This document shows, piece after piece, positions 46,310 through 59,586 of a DNA stretch of 64,000 bases. Below the pieces are notes generated by a model, which was given only the letters and a program-made list of their open reading frames with translations, was not told the origin of the DNA and did not search any database. The number at the start of each line of letters is the position of its first letter. The stretch's first letter is position 1. A program made the translations under genes and the position numbers. Source of the DNA: Eledone cirrhosa (lineage: Eukaryota); NCBI GenBank assembly GCA_964016885.1, contig OZ024740.1, positions 196,788,001-196,852,000 on the forward strand, read 5' to 3'.

Positions 46310-46968
46310 TCAAATTTATATACATGTGAATGGAGTTCTACTGAAGCAGTTAGAAAAGTTCAAGTATCTTGGAGCCGTCTTCATGAGTGATGGAATGCAG
46401 GGGGCTGAATTAAGTGCAAGTATTGAAAAAGCTGATGCAGTAATGCGCCAGCCTCAGCATTCAGCAATCAGAAGAAGGGGGTAGGTGTAAAAGCCAAACT
46501 CGCTGTCTTCCTGGTATTCCTGCCAACTCTTACCGAGGATCATGAATCTTGAGTAATGACCAAAAGAATACAATTGCAAATAAAAGCGGCAGAAATGGGA
46601 TTCCTTTGAAGGGTCTTTGGAGTAACGTTACTCGATAAAGTGCATAGCTCAGAGACCAGAGAGTCACTCCTGGTAGAGCCGCTACTTCTTCGAATTGAGA
46701 GATTACAACTCCGATGTTATGAGCATGTGGTTAGAATGTCTCAGTAAAGAATTGCTGGACACATTTTACAGGCAAAGCCAACCGACAAGAGATCCAGAGG
46801 TAGACCCTGAGCAAGATAGTTGGATAGTTGGATGAACTTGGCTGGTCACGCTGGGATCCAGAAGCATCAGTTTAAGATGTTTCATTCTGACAGATTCGCT
46901 GGAAGGAGTGTTTGAGAAGGCCTCTGCCGCCACGACCCCCTCAGAAATAAGTGGGCGAAGAAGAAGAT
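46310..46968 (+). mobile_element. Decayed RTE-clade LINE 3' fragment
   Basis: LEKFKYLGAVF..DG, AAEMGF, HVVRM remnants; (GAA)n tail; same family as 9270-9604. Confidence 0.8.
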
Positions 46969-47123
46969 ATTGTCAATTTACTTTTCAATTTACATATATA
47001 TATTTGCGTATAATACCAATATGCACACTACATATGCTAGCAGAAAACCGGCCGAGGGCGCTTTTTCTGCTAGTATATATAACAGTAATTAAACAAGTGA
47101 TGAAATGTAGATTTAAACCTCTT

Positions 47124-47183
<60 letters not shown>

Positions 47184-47184
<1 letters not shown>

Positions 47185-47442
47185 GTAGGAGGTGAGTTTT
47201 ATTGTAGTACAATAAAGCAATGCAGATATCGGATAAGAAGCACTCTACAGTTTGTAGGACTGGAGTATACATAATATATAAGATCAAAAGATGGTTAAAG
47301 GAGTTCCATGTATTTTATTATGCGCATTTCAAAAACAAACATCATCATTCAATAATATTTGTGTTTTCATCAGATAAAACAGGAGGACATGATATGAAGG
47401 CTAAAAAACACTTGTGGATAGAGCAGTTTTAAATCAACATAT
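47184..47442 (-). mobile_element. Solo copy of the PLE2 terminal (pLTR) segment
   Basis: Closely similar to 41570-41827, including the hammerhead; abuts (TA)n. Confidence 0.85.
47311..47380 (-). ncRNA. Minimal type-I hammerhead ribozyme (second copy of the PLE2 family)
   Basis: GUUUUAU-CUGAUGA-long stem II-GAAA-UGCGCA-UA-AUAAAAU. Confidence 0.83.
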
Positions 47443-47466
47443 GTTGATTTAATCAACATATATATG

Positions 47467-47567
<101 letters not shown>

Positions 47568-47770
47568 GTGTGGGTATGACTATGTGTACGTATGTGTATG
47601 CGTGTACACACGCGCATATATGTATATATATATATATGTGTATATATATGCGTGTGTATATGTATGTGTGTGTGTGTGTGTGTGTGTGTATAAATATGCA
47701 TGTGTGTGTGTGTATGTGTGTGTGTGTATATATATATATATATGTATGCGTGTGTGTGTGTGTGTAGATA

Positions 47771-47846
<76 letters not shown>

Positions 47847-47858
47847 AAACCAGGATTT

Positions 47859-47918
47859 TTTCATTCTGAGGATTGAAAGCAAAACCCTTTGCTTTTAAGA
47901 AACCACTGGTAAATGGAA
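47859..47918 (+). ncRNA. Type-I hammerhead ribozyme (left member of inverted pair)
   Basis: UUUCAUU-CUGAGGA-UUGAAAGCAAA accc UUUGCUUUUAA-GAAA-CCACUGG-UA-AAUGGAA. Confidence 0.86.
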
Positions 47919-48013
47919 TAATTGCCTTATGTTGTTTATTACATAATAATAATTAAGCTCTGTTGCTTACATAGAGCACTCTTTTTTCTTGGACTTTTCC
48001 GACGGAATTACTT

Positions 48014-48129
<116 letters not shown>

Positions 48130-48142
48130 CATATATACATAT

Positions 48143-48173
<31 letters not shown>

Positions 48174-48335
48174 GATATATATATATAGAGAGAGAATTTA
48201 GTATATCTACTAACATATGCGTACAGATGTACGCCAATGCCAGCAAATACACAGGTTATGTCATAGTACCTAGGTGGTTTTTTAGTAAGTAAGTTAATTT
48301 AAAAAAAAATGTTTTTTAAATTTTCTTATTTTACG

Positions 48336-48437
<102 letters not shown>

Positions 48438-48470
48438 TATTATTATGTAATAAACAACATAAGGCAATTA

Positions 48471-48530
48471 TTCCATTTACCAGTGGTTTCTTAAAAGCAA
48501 AAGGTTTTGCTTTCAATCCTCAGAATGAAA
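48471..48530 (-). ncRNA. Type-I hammerhead ribozyme (right member of inverted pair)
   Basis: Reverse-complement copy of 47859-47918, with one change in the stem-II loop. Confidence 0.86.
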
Positions 48531-48622
48531 AATCCTGGTTTGTTTATTGAATATGGATATATATATATATATATATATAAAGAGTGAAAGTCAGTGTTGC
48601 AACATATGTACAAACTTTATTT

Positions 48623-48711
48623 GCATATTACAATTGTTTCGATATCGATCAGGTCAGGGTACAATCAAGGTGACGTGGCCCGGCCCTTTTTCGACATCTC
48701 GTCAGATATGC
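48623..48711 (-). ncRNA. Type-I hammerhead ribozyme with a 42-nt stem-II insert
   Basis: GCAUAU-CUGACGA-GAUGUCGA [42 nt] UCGAUAUC-GAAA-CAAUUG (palindrome)-UA-AUAUGC. Confidence 0.85.
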
Positions 48712-48864
48712 GAGCTTACATATGCAAAGACACATCTAAACTGGTGACAGATGTCCCGAGATCCGTTTATATACACTCATTGGTAAGTTTGTAGGAGTGG
48801 GGGGGGGGGGGGTAAACTAAGTTTAGGTTTAGAGGGTAGGGTATAAGGATGAAAGATAAATACA

Positions 48865-48908
<44 letters not shown>

Positions 48909-48922
48909 TACATATTTTTATG

Positions 48923-48966
<44 letters not shown>

Positions 48967-48980
48967 TACATATTTTTATG

Positions 48981-49117
<137 letters not shown>

Positions 49118-49157
49118 GAAATCAAAGAACGCCTACATACTCATACAATTTTTATTT

Positions 49158-49202
49158 GCTGACAATGTTTCATCCATACCATTGGGCAGGGATCATCAGA
49201 GC
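49158..49202 (-). ncRNA. Minimal type-I hammerhead ribozyme
   Basis: GCU-CUGAUGA-UCC c UGCC caau GGUA u GGA-U-GAAA-CAUUG-UC-AGC (GUC cleavage triplet); stem I is short. Confidence 0.72.
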
Positions 49203-49627
49203 TTTATAAACAAAAATACAGTGCTGAGTATAAGCTCTACCAAGCTTAATCACATAAACATTAGAAATATATTAGAGGGTAACAAGAAGGAGATCGGAAA
49301 TGGGGAGTAACACTAGCAATGAGCAACCTCTCATATGTATTCCTAGATGGGATGGGTATGTTCTTAAGTGACAAAGGTAGGTAGTCTTTGGTTAGCATAC
49401 TGTCAGGTTTATATAAGCATACACCAGTAGATGTGTAGGTTATATCTATTAGCTCTAACAGAGGGAGCAGTATTATTTATGTAGACAACGAAGCGTATGT
49501 GCATAAACGCACCTGTACCGTGTCGTATTTAAGACAGTATTGTATAAGCTTAATGTACAAGAACAGAGCCATAGTGAAAGAATGAAGAGTAACATGGTTG
49601 ACTGTACAACAAGGGGCTTTATTTCAG

Positions 49628-49738
49628 GTAATAACAATTGTTTCATTGATCAGGCGAGTCTAGAGGCCGCTAATCGCTCGAAGTTGCGTCATTCGATCGC
49701 CATTACATTATTTACCTCTGATCAAATCCTCAGAATAC
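49628..49738 (-). ncRNA. Type-I hammerhead ribozyme with a 64-nt stem-II insert (PLE3 3' region)
   Basis: GUAUU-CUGAGGA-U UUGAUCAG [64 nt] CUGAUCAA U-GAAA-CAAUUG-UU-AUUAC; one mismatch in stem I. Confidence 0.68.
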
Positions 49739-52700
49739 AAAAATAATTCACACAAGGCAAGATATATATAGCGAAATAGCGTATAATCAAAACAATAACA
49801 TCAATAATAAAATATATATGATAAATAGGTAGAGAAGTTACAGATGTAAAAAGTAAGAGATAAGAAAAAAGATTCAGTAACAAAGTAAGAAAATGAAAAA
49901 ATAATAGAAATAGAAATAATAGAAATATAAAGAAATAAGGATAAGTGAAAGCATATGATAGTACAGAATATGATAGTGGTGGTGGTGAGTAAGTGTCCGT
50001 ATAAGGATTCTGTGGTGGGTTTAGTGTTAACATGAAAAGTCATATTCGAAACATACATAGATACGTGTAGAGAGTCTGAGGTAGCGACAGATAAAAGAAA
50101 AAGCAATAAATTAGAGATTAATTGGGAGATACCAGTATGAGATCCAAGGGCTAATGGTGGATGGTGAAGGGAGGTTTGACAAATGTGTGTGGTAAATGTT
50201 TTGCTGATTGTCTTGTCTTAATGGGGTTGATGCGGTTACAGGGAGAGAGGGTGAAAGAGATGTTAAGAGATTTATAATCTAGTGATCAGTTGGCCGTTTG
50301 ACAGCTAATAGCAGTGTGATGGTGTGTATTCCATACGTTAAAATCCAGCTGGTTCAGTTCTAATTTTGGGATTGCTGGCTCGAATCACGGTGGTTTGAAA
50401 TTTGTGAACTTGGTAGCTGTTTTATGCCTACAGAAAATTGATCTTTCTATTTTGCTGTTAAGCATCATCTTATCGTACCTTAAAATATGAAATAGCTCCA
50501 TATTACAAAGTTCGCAGTGGGACATCCCATTGTCGTAGGCCCTTGCTCCCGATAATTTTGACCAGCTAATCCTATATTCCTGGTTTGTGTTTTTAAGTTG
50601 CCAGATTTTATTGGTGAGCGTCGTAGAGTTCTCCAGTCTACGGTTCTTCATGAAGTGTATGTGGACGTACCACCTTTTTTTGAATTCCCCAGCCGTGGAA
50701 CCTATGCAGTGCCAAGTAAAGTTGCCTGAATTTACAGTACACAGGTACACCATACTCGAATCCAGGCATCTATTTTGGAGTGGGCACTTATCCAGTAGGT
50801 GGCAGTTACAGTTGGAGGCTTTTCTGTGTGCAGGTTCTCTGTTGCGGTTTTGTATGTTGTTGTGGGTGGGTTGAGATTTAGGCCTATTAGTGATGCGCCC
50901 TGATGTGTTTGTGGTTGCGATGTTGTTATGTGTTTGCGTTTTGTATTTGGTGTTATGGTGTATGTTGGTAGGTTATTTTCTTTGGAGATATTTTTGTGGT
51001 TGATTTTATGTATGTGTGATTCTATGTTGGCTGCAGTAGAGTAAGATAGTTTGATAGTTCTTCTATTAAAGATTCTATGGTATTTGTGTAGTTTAGGGAA
51101 GTGTTTGTCGATTAGCTTAAAGAATGTAGAAGCTAGTTTGGTTTTTATAGAGGAGTTGAATATTGGATTGAACCATAAGTATTTTCTATCTCTGGATCTT
51201 CTATAGTTCTTAGGGGTCCTTATATTAGTGTTCAGTTCAGTTATTTTGGGTGCTCGTTGTCTAATTCTATGCTTAGTCCTATGTTTGTTATTTCTATAGG
51301 TGTGGGTAGTGTAGTTGTCGTTAGCTTTGTTGCTGCTGTCTCTATCTGGTATGTATTCCAGCCCCTCTTTATGTCCTGCCTTATGTAAAGCTATGTTATA
51401 ATAGTTAGCGTGTTCGTTAAAAATTTCTAGGTTAGAAGATAGGCGGGTTATGCTGAGGGATATACTATGTGCTATGGAGTTAATTATGGATCGAGGGTGG
51501 TTTGAATTATAACTAATGTAGGTTAGATTCTCGTTATTTTTATGGAAGGGCTCTATTAATCCTGTGTTTAGGTTGAGTGTTACATCTAAGAAGTTTGCTT
51601 TTTTAGAGTTAAGTTCGAAAGTGATACCTAGGCCTAATTTGTTGAAGAAGGCTCTGATTTTTCCATGTTTTGATTATTTAAGTTTTTGGCTCAAAAGAGT
51701 GTGTCGTCTCTATAAATTCCTCCCTGGAGGTTATTGAATTCCTTATGTAAGTTGTGCGCTATATATATATTCCCACCAAGTCCGTTACCTGTGCTGAGTC
51801 GTTAGATCTCATTGTGATATCGAAGCTATTTTGTCTGTTTTTTCGTTCCCAGTAACTATTTTCGAATCTAATGATAGTTCTAGCAACTAGTATAATTTTA
51901 ATTTCGTCCGAGGTAAGGTCCGAATTTTTCTGGGCAAAAGTTAGCGCTTTATCTAGGGTGACTGGGGATATGGACGAGTAGTAGTCATTAATGTCGAACT
52001 GTACGAAGTTGGATGTTTCTCTACTGTCTATTTTGCTGAACCAGTCTATTGCTTCGTTAGTGTTACCCCATAGCTTAATTACTACTTTGTCCTTGATTTG
52101 TGCGATTACTCTATCTAGTATATACTTGCTAATTCTACATATATCCGACTTAGATGGGCATATTAATCTAATTGCGGGGTCTATTTCGAAATTATTTTTG
52201 TGATCCTTTAGGTTAAATGTGGAGTTACAAGGGGTTAGAGGCTCGGTTCTATCAGATATTTTCAGTTTTTTTTACTATGCTAAGTTCTTCCTTATTAGTG
52301 CTAGTGAGTGCAGATTCTGTTGTTTTTTTGTATTTTTTGTGCAGCTCACGGCGTATAAAATTATTGTATGTATTAAAGCTCATGGTGTATACGTTTGATG
52401 TTTTGACTGCTTTTACTATAATACCGTTGGTGTTGCGTAGTTTTTTTAGTAGTGCATTGATGTCGTTTTGCAGTTTGTTGTGATGTGTCCGTTTTTTAAA
52501 TTTGGTTCCACTTATCATGTTTATGAGGTCGAGTTCGAAGGCATCGAGCTGGAGGTTATTCGGTGGATTTTTGCAGGATTTGAATCCGTATTTTTCCCTA
52601 GTAAATTCTTCCGTGTTATTAGCGAGTCCTTTATCGTAATGATAGGCCTTCCATCAGATTCGACGGATGAAGTCATTAGTACGCTGTATCATGCCGAGTG

Positions 52701-53319
52701 TATAGTCCTTGTTTGTAGGTATAGGTATGTTTTTCAAGGACATGCCTATGTGGTGCTTTTCCATGTTAGTGCCGTGCGTTAAGGTTGGTCCATAATGGAG
52801 GCAAATGGTAGTCTACCAGACTACCATTTGCCTCCATTATGGACCAACCAAACGCTCTTGCCATAATAACACATTTTGAACTGCTTATCCTCAAGAACTA
52901 TGCCTGTAAATAATATTCTTTCTTTCCTATTACCTTATCATGTTCCACATCACCCCCTTTTTTCTTTTTTTCTTTTGACTTCAAAAAGCTTGTTTGTAAA
53001 TAATATTATTCGTTCTTTCCCATTTCCTTAACATGTTCAACATCACATTATTTTCTTTCCAACAATACAAATTCCCCTCTTTGATAATGCATAAAATGCT
53101 GAAACCGGTAATAGACAATTATTAAATATATATATAAATAAATAAATAAATAAATAAATGCCATTGTTAATTAATAAATAAATTAACTAATACCTTAACA
53201 CTTCAAACAAAGTAAAATATTTTGTTTTAAACATTTTCTAACCCAGAAAAAAAGAGAAAAAAATAAAAGGAAAAAAAAATATTTTTCTTCCTAATAATCG
53301 TCTTTTTCTCCCTATTTTC

Positions 53320-53398
<79 letters not shown>

Positions 53399-53839
53399 CA
53401 TGTATGTGTGTATGAATATATGTATGAATATATGTAATATGTATGTATGTCTGCATGTATGCATGTGTAGATATGGATGTTATTGCATGTGTAGATGTGT
53501 ATGTTTTGAGTTGTATGTGTGCATGTGTATATGCTTAGTATCTGTACATATGTATGTATGTATCTATGTATGTATATGACATACTGACTGATTTCTGACA
53601 CTTGACATCTTTATTCATATTTATTTAACAGCCATCATCTGGGTCTAAGAATTCTGCAGTTGTCCCCACCCATTATGTCTGTTCCTTATATATATATATA
53701 TATATATTGTGTGCATGCATGAGTGTGTGTGTGCACGTGTGTGTGTGCGTGTGTGGTTTGTCTCACTGTCTCTCTGGGTTCATAGAATGAGGTGCTGCAT
53801 AGCAAAGCCCTACATATTGACTAGACATGCTGTTGGAGC

Positions 53840-54140
53840 TGGTGGTTGTAATGGTGGTGTTGGTGTTGGTGGTGTTGGTGGTGGTGGTGTTGGTAATGGT
53901 GGTAATGGTGGTGGTGGTGACTGTAATGGTGGTGGTGTTAGTGGTTGTATTGGCGGTGTTGATGGTGGTTGTGGTGGTAGTCGTGGTGGTGGTGTTGGTG
54001 GTGGTGTTGGTAGTGGTGGTGTTGGTGTTGGTGTTGGTGGTGATCGTGGTGGTGGTGGTGGTGGTAGTGGTGGTGGTAGTAGCTGTAGAGTTTGTATTGG
54101 TGGTGGTGGTGGTGGTTGTGGTGGTGGAGGTGGTTATGAT
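53840..54140. repeat. (GGT)n degenerate trinucleotide repeat
   Basis: Visible GGT/GTT/AGT run; explains the Gly- and Val-rich ORFs. Confidence 0.95.
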
Positions 54141-55425
54141 GGGGCTGCTAGGGGGGGGGGGCTGCTAGTGGCGGGGCTGAAGGTTGATGTTGATGTCTCC
54201 CTTTTTATTTAGAGAAGGGAATAACAGTTACGATACTGTTGTAGACTAAAGACATTCCAACCGTGACTACCCCATAACCTCTACCACCCAAACCCACCGC
54301 CCCAGGGGGCGGTAGGTTTGGGTGGTAGAGGTGATATAATAGTATATTAAATATCAAATGATACATATATATAAATATAGTAAAATAAAAAATATATAAT
54401 ATTTATTTATACATAATATATATTATATTATTTATCATATATAAATTAACAATTTTATTTATTATATATTATTTACAATTTGTGTGTAGGCAGGTTTCTC
54501 TGGAAATAGGGTTGGGGGCACTGAGGGTAATACGTTGCCGGGGCTGTGGCCCCAAAGATTGAGGACCTCTGGTCTAAACCATCGATATCACCAATATTCA
54601 AATTTGAAACCGTCCACTGATAAAGCAACTATCTAAAAACACATGAAAAGGGAACAAAACCGAAGACGCAAACAGTAACTTAATATAAGTTGCATATATA
54701 TAAATTTGTAAAATTAACGGTTCACTTTTCTTCTAGGTACTGATGCGCCCGCACAGGTTCTTATGCACTACTTATGCATTTGTTCTTGGTACTAAAAATG
54801 TACTCCAGCCTTGTTCTTTAGCAGAGTTTTTCAAACTTTTCAGATTGGTGACACTTTTTTAACATAAAACATTTTGTAACAAATTAATATTTTTACTAAA
54901 GGGCGATCCCAAAATAAAGTTTACATTCTATTGAATTCTCTTTTCAATAAGATATATTTCGTATTTTTATAGTTGATTATATTGAGCCATGGGGATACTG
55001 CTGGAAAAACGTTGTCCCAATTTATAAAGTGCATATTTATGAGCATATTTAAAAATATGCTCATAAAAATACATATTAACAGTTTAATTTGATCAAAATT
55101 AGCCATTTTCAAAACTATTAATTTTTTAAAAATCACTATTGAAAAGGGTTAAGTTTCACCGGTCATGTGTCACTTAACCCTTCTTCTTCTTCGCCCACTT
55201 ATTACTAAGATGGTCGTTGGTGGCAGAGTCCCCAGGCACACCTTCCAGACAGTGCTATCATAAGCGAGTTTGCCTTTTATATCCACCTCCCTTCTTCTGA
55301 TGACCAAGAAGTAAAGCTGGCACATTACTGCATTCTTAACTATACTTCAGAGACAAATAGTAAATATTGAAAAGATTTTACTTAATTTCGCAAGAGAGTA
55401 TTAGTGACACATTAAAGTGTTGTGA

Positions 55426-55704
55426 CAGAGGTGTAACTAGGTTATGGCAAGCCTGGCACGTGATATGGTGTCACTTGAAACAGGGGTGCCATTTGATCTA
55501 TGAGCACTTTCTATTAAAGTCAAATAAGATATCGTCAGAGAGTGAAAAAAGAAACTTCTTCAGACGTATGATCTGTCTGCTGATCATACGCGATTGGTTT
55601 TTTGGGGCTGATTTTATAGTTATCTGAAAGATGGGTGTCAGATTTTTGTGCAGGGTACAATTTCACTGTTGCCATATGCTCTATTGCCCCTAGTTACGCC
55701 TCTG
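55426..55704. mobile_element. MITE with 16-bp TIRs
   Basis: CAGAGGTGTAACTAGG ... CCTAGTTACGCCTCTG. Confidence 0.65.
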
Positions 55705-58550
55705 CAGATAATTTAAAAACTCTGCTCTAGAAACTCATTACAAATCTATGCCTCAATGAACATCTGTCATATTTTTCAATATCACGATTTTGTTAATTTG
55801 TCCCTTATTTTTTGGTTTGTAAAATAAAAAAAAACTCATTTCACATAATTCATAGTTTATATTATCTCTCAGCTTATATGTCATTTTCGCTAGTAAAGAC
55901 AACCTCATTAAAGGACCAAATAAGGGTGGTGGATTGGCGTTGGACAAAATACTTTGAGTCATTTAGTTACGGTTCTTTTCGTTCTGAGTTCAAATTTCAC
56001 CCAGTTTAGCTTTGCCATTCATCCTTTCGGGGGTTAATAAAATAAGGTACCAGTCATGTACTGGTATCGATATAATCGACCTCCCCCACTCTACACGTTC
56101 TTGTGATATCTACATTAGATATCACTATTAAAGGATCAATAGACCACTGACAACAAGAATATTGAACGTATTTAGTTTTTGGAGTCCAAGATTTTTCTGC
56201 CAGGAGTTACGAACGACAGATAGTATCAGAAACGGAAAAACCAATGGAAACACTGTTTCCTTGGTCCTATTTGACGAGTTCCACCCCACTCGGTAAACGA
56301 ATAGGGTCTGGGAACTTGTCGATCGATATATCCAGATTACTGGTTATATGAACCATCATACAAACTGGGAAATTTGAATTTTGATAAATTTATGGTTTGC
56401 GTAAGAGAAACCTTATCGCTTATGTTGGTTACTGACACGTAGAAGTGATATTTTAATAATTTAATTTTAGGATATAATTACAGAAATTGTTATAATTTAG
56501 GGATTTCATACTACCAATAAAAACACGGCCCAGTTGATTTCCAGTTTGTTATTAGGGAGGTGGATTGGCAGTATCAGAAAGAGGGTCGGACAACATGTTT
56601 TATGGCATAGAGTTATGGCCCTTTACGCGCTGAGTTCAAATCCCACCGAGGTTAGCTTTGTTTTTCATCTTTACGGGGTCTATAAAATAAAGCACCAGTA
56701 ATGTACTGGGTCGATTTAATCGACTCCCCCCCCCCCTCAAATTGCTAGCCTTGTGCCTATAGTAGAAGTCATTATTAATTAAGTAACTAATCCATTCTTC
56801 GGTTAGTTTAGTGACTGTGTTGTTGTTTGATTCTCATATTAAATTGTCAAAGTTCTTTCGTCACAGATTCTGTGACCTTCTCAATGACTATTCTTGTTCC
56901 GTTGTCTCTCCTCTTTGTCATGGTCTTGTTCTATTTACTCAATCTTGTCTTTTTGTAGTTTGCGCATGCGTGTGTGTTTGTGTCTGTGCTAAATGTATAA
57001 CTTTGGAGAAATAAAGAATTAGAGAGACACATGTAGGACCTTGTAATTGGGAAAGCGAACTTCATACTGTAGCAATATAACTGATGTAGGAAATGTGTGT
57101 GTATGGTTGTGTGTAAAATTTAAAGAGTTACAGACGGATATATATATATATATATATATACACGGCGTATTATTATGGCTGATGATGTCAGCGATGTGGA
57201 ATGAAAGTCGAAACCACGAAGTAATTTGATGTTTGCTTGAAGCAATTTTATTTCACTCTTTTTTTATGGCTTAGTCAGAGAAAGATCATAACATTTTTCA
57301 TAGACTCCAAGATTAGTTGGGAAAACAGGAGACATAATGCTTGCAACACTGTGGATTCTGTTAAAGGCATTCAGGGGCCAAGTGGTATAAAAAGTATAAA
57401 AGTAACACCATCTTACAGAATAATATAAATGTAAGTTCATAATTTAGAGAATTGGAATAATTTTATTTCACCTTGCGTTGTACGAAACTGCACGATAGAG
57501 TGCAGCTGATGTGTTTTTAGAGATTTCGTAACCGAACGTTTTCAAATTTGAATGCTGGCGAAATTTTGTCCATTATCTAAGAATTCCCACCCCCTGTCAT
57601 AAAGGCTCCGTTTCGGCTCGCCGTTCGTTAGGCTGTGTCCCTATATAGCAATATATCTTCAAATACTTTGAAAAAAAAAAAAAGAAATAAGAAAAAAGAA
57701 AAGAAAAAAGTCGTTATTGTATCTTTGTTTAGACTATGTCTACTCCTTCGTTGCCACAGTGCAGATCGATTCCCTCGATGGAACCTTGACGTGGCTGTTT
57801 AGCTGTCACAATTAGAGTAGATTGGCAGTATCAGTAGAGGGTCGGACTCCATGCTTTGACGCATAGAGTTATGGCCCTTGTCATTCTGAGTTCAAATCCC
57901 GCCGAGGTTAACTTTGCCTTTCATCCTTACGGGGTCGATAAAATAAAGTACCAGTAATACATTGGATAATTGCTGGCCTTGTGCCAAAATTAGAAACAAC
58001 AATTATAGACTATCGGTCATAACAGAATGACGGTAGGTGCCCAGATGGGATAAAACCTCTTCCCGTTCTCAGGGGCACCGGCGGTAAGTCGCTAATCTGA
58101 GATGCCTCATGTTGCAAAACATTCTCCGGTGCCTATCTCATCGCATTGGCCAAAAGGCTGGACACCACACTCCATAACACAGTTTCAACCAACCATTTCC
58201 TTTGTGTGCCTGTTGCCCGCGAGACCTATGGTGTCCTCGGTTCCCGGATTACTGTTTTCCTCCGCAACACCAGGAGGAGTGCATCTCGTCTAAGGAGCCC
58301 GGTGAGGGGAAATGGCTAACGTAGAGGGTGCAGCTGGTTTTTCTTCACAACATTACTTCCACCACCTGAAATGTACCGCCCCAGCCAAACAATTTTCCCC
58401 TACCTTTTCTCCCTTCCTTTTCTTTTTTCTATTCGTTTTATTTACACGCCTCTCTATTTTTTCTCCTTTCCTCTCTTGTTTATCATGTAATTTTTTTAAT
58501 ACTTTCACTGATATGATGGATTGGCTGAATTGGTAAACCGTTGGTTTGAC

Positions 58551-59198
58551 CAGGGTTGGATTTAGACTTTGGGGGGCTCGGAGCACTTCATTTTTTTGGG
58601 GGCCCCTCATACATAAAAAAATAGAATACATAGCAAACCCCTCAATTTTACATAAAAGCCCGTGGCTGGTGAGGGCCCCGACTGCAGGGGACCCGGGGCA
58701 ATTAATAGAGCCAAAGGGGCAATTTCCCCCTTTGGCTCTATTAAATTCGGCCCTTGGTCTGGCTCTTTACAAATCCAGCCATCGCCAACTTTGCATTTCA
58801 ATTTTTGGGGGTGGATAAAATAAAGACCAGTCAAGTACTGGGTTGATTTAATCAATTTTGCCCTTGCCTCAAATTTGCTGGCCTTGTGCTTAAGTTAGAA
58901 ATCAATAAGTTCGTACATAGTCAGAACCAGATTCAATGGGGGGAGGGGGGTGCCCCGGGCCCCTGCAGTAGGTGTGGGGGGGGGGTCACCAGTGATGCCC
59001 TCAGCTGGGCTTTTTAATTTTAGGATGGCTAGAATTTTTTAAATTTAATACCTGTATGTATAACTTTTCAATTCCAATTACTTGCGCCAAGCTCACTTTG
59101 ATATGTAACATTGGAGGGTTTGCTGTAAATTCTAAATTCTTCTGTGTATGAGTCCTTTGAAGTGCCCAGGGCCCCCTCAAGGTCTAAATTCAACCCTG
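58551..59198. mobile_element. MITE with ~27-bp TIRs and nested GC-rich/SINE inserts
   Basis: CAGGGTTGGATTTAGACTTTGGGGGGC ... GCCCCCTCAAGGTCTAAATTCAACCCTG; no clear TSD. Confidence 0.6.
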
Positions 59199-59373
59199 CA
59201 CACACTGCCTTTGTTTATTAGTTTGCAAAATGAGAAAGGCTACATATGGGTGTGTGCGGTTGGTTTGTTAACCCACAGAACTGGGCCCACCTCCCGAGAG
59301 GGGAGGAAACAAGCATACATACACTGGTAACATGAAATTAATAGATGTCTTAGTGGAAAGTATATAGGTGTGT

Positions 59374-59422
<49 letters not shown>

Positions 59423-59534
59423 CGTGTGTGTACGTGCGTGTGTGTGTGTGTACATGTGTACCCTTGTGTGCTTGTATGTGTACGTGTGAATGTGTGTATG
59501 TATGCATGCATGTATGCATGTATATGTATATATA

Positions 59535-59586
<52 letters not shown>

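Noticed and set aside
50385-50800. Possible selenocysteine recoding in the Naiad-like PLEs
   Set aside because: Conserved Cys positions in the PLE2 and PLE3 endonuclease regions are ordinary Cys codons; the TGA at 50385 follows the expected C-terminus; no SECIS was recognised.
53709-54212. Gly-rich 167-aa and Val-rich 113-aa ORFs
   Set aside because: Products of the (GGT)n repeat.
56848-56892. Homologue of the PLE1 hammerhead on the minus strand
   Set aside because: Core mutated (UUGAGAA) and stem I lost; a decayed remnant, not counted as a ribozyme.
57170-57225. CTGATGA...GAAAC hammerhead-like motif on +
   Set aside because: No convincing stem II or III and no UH cleavage site.
57820-57905. 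tRNA gene candidates at GAGTTCAAATCCCGCC motifs
   Set aside because: Each continues into the SINE core and tail, and no complete cloverleaf is present; these are SINE heads.
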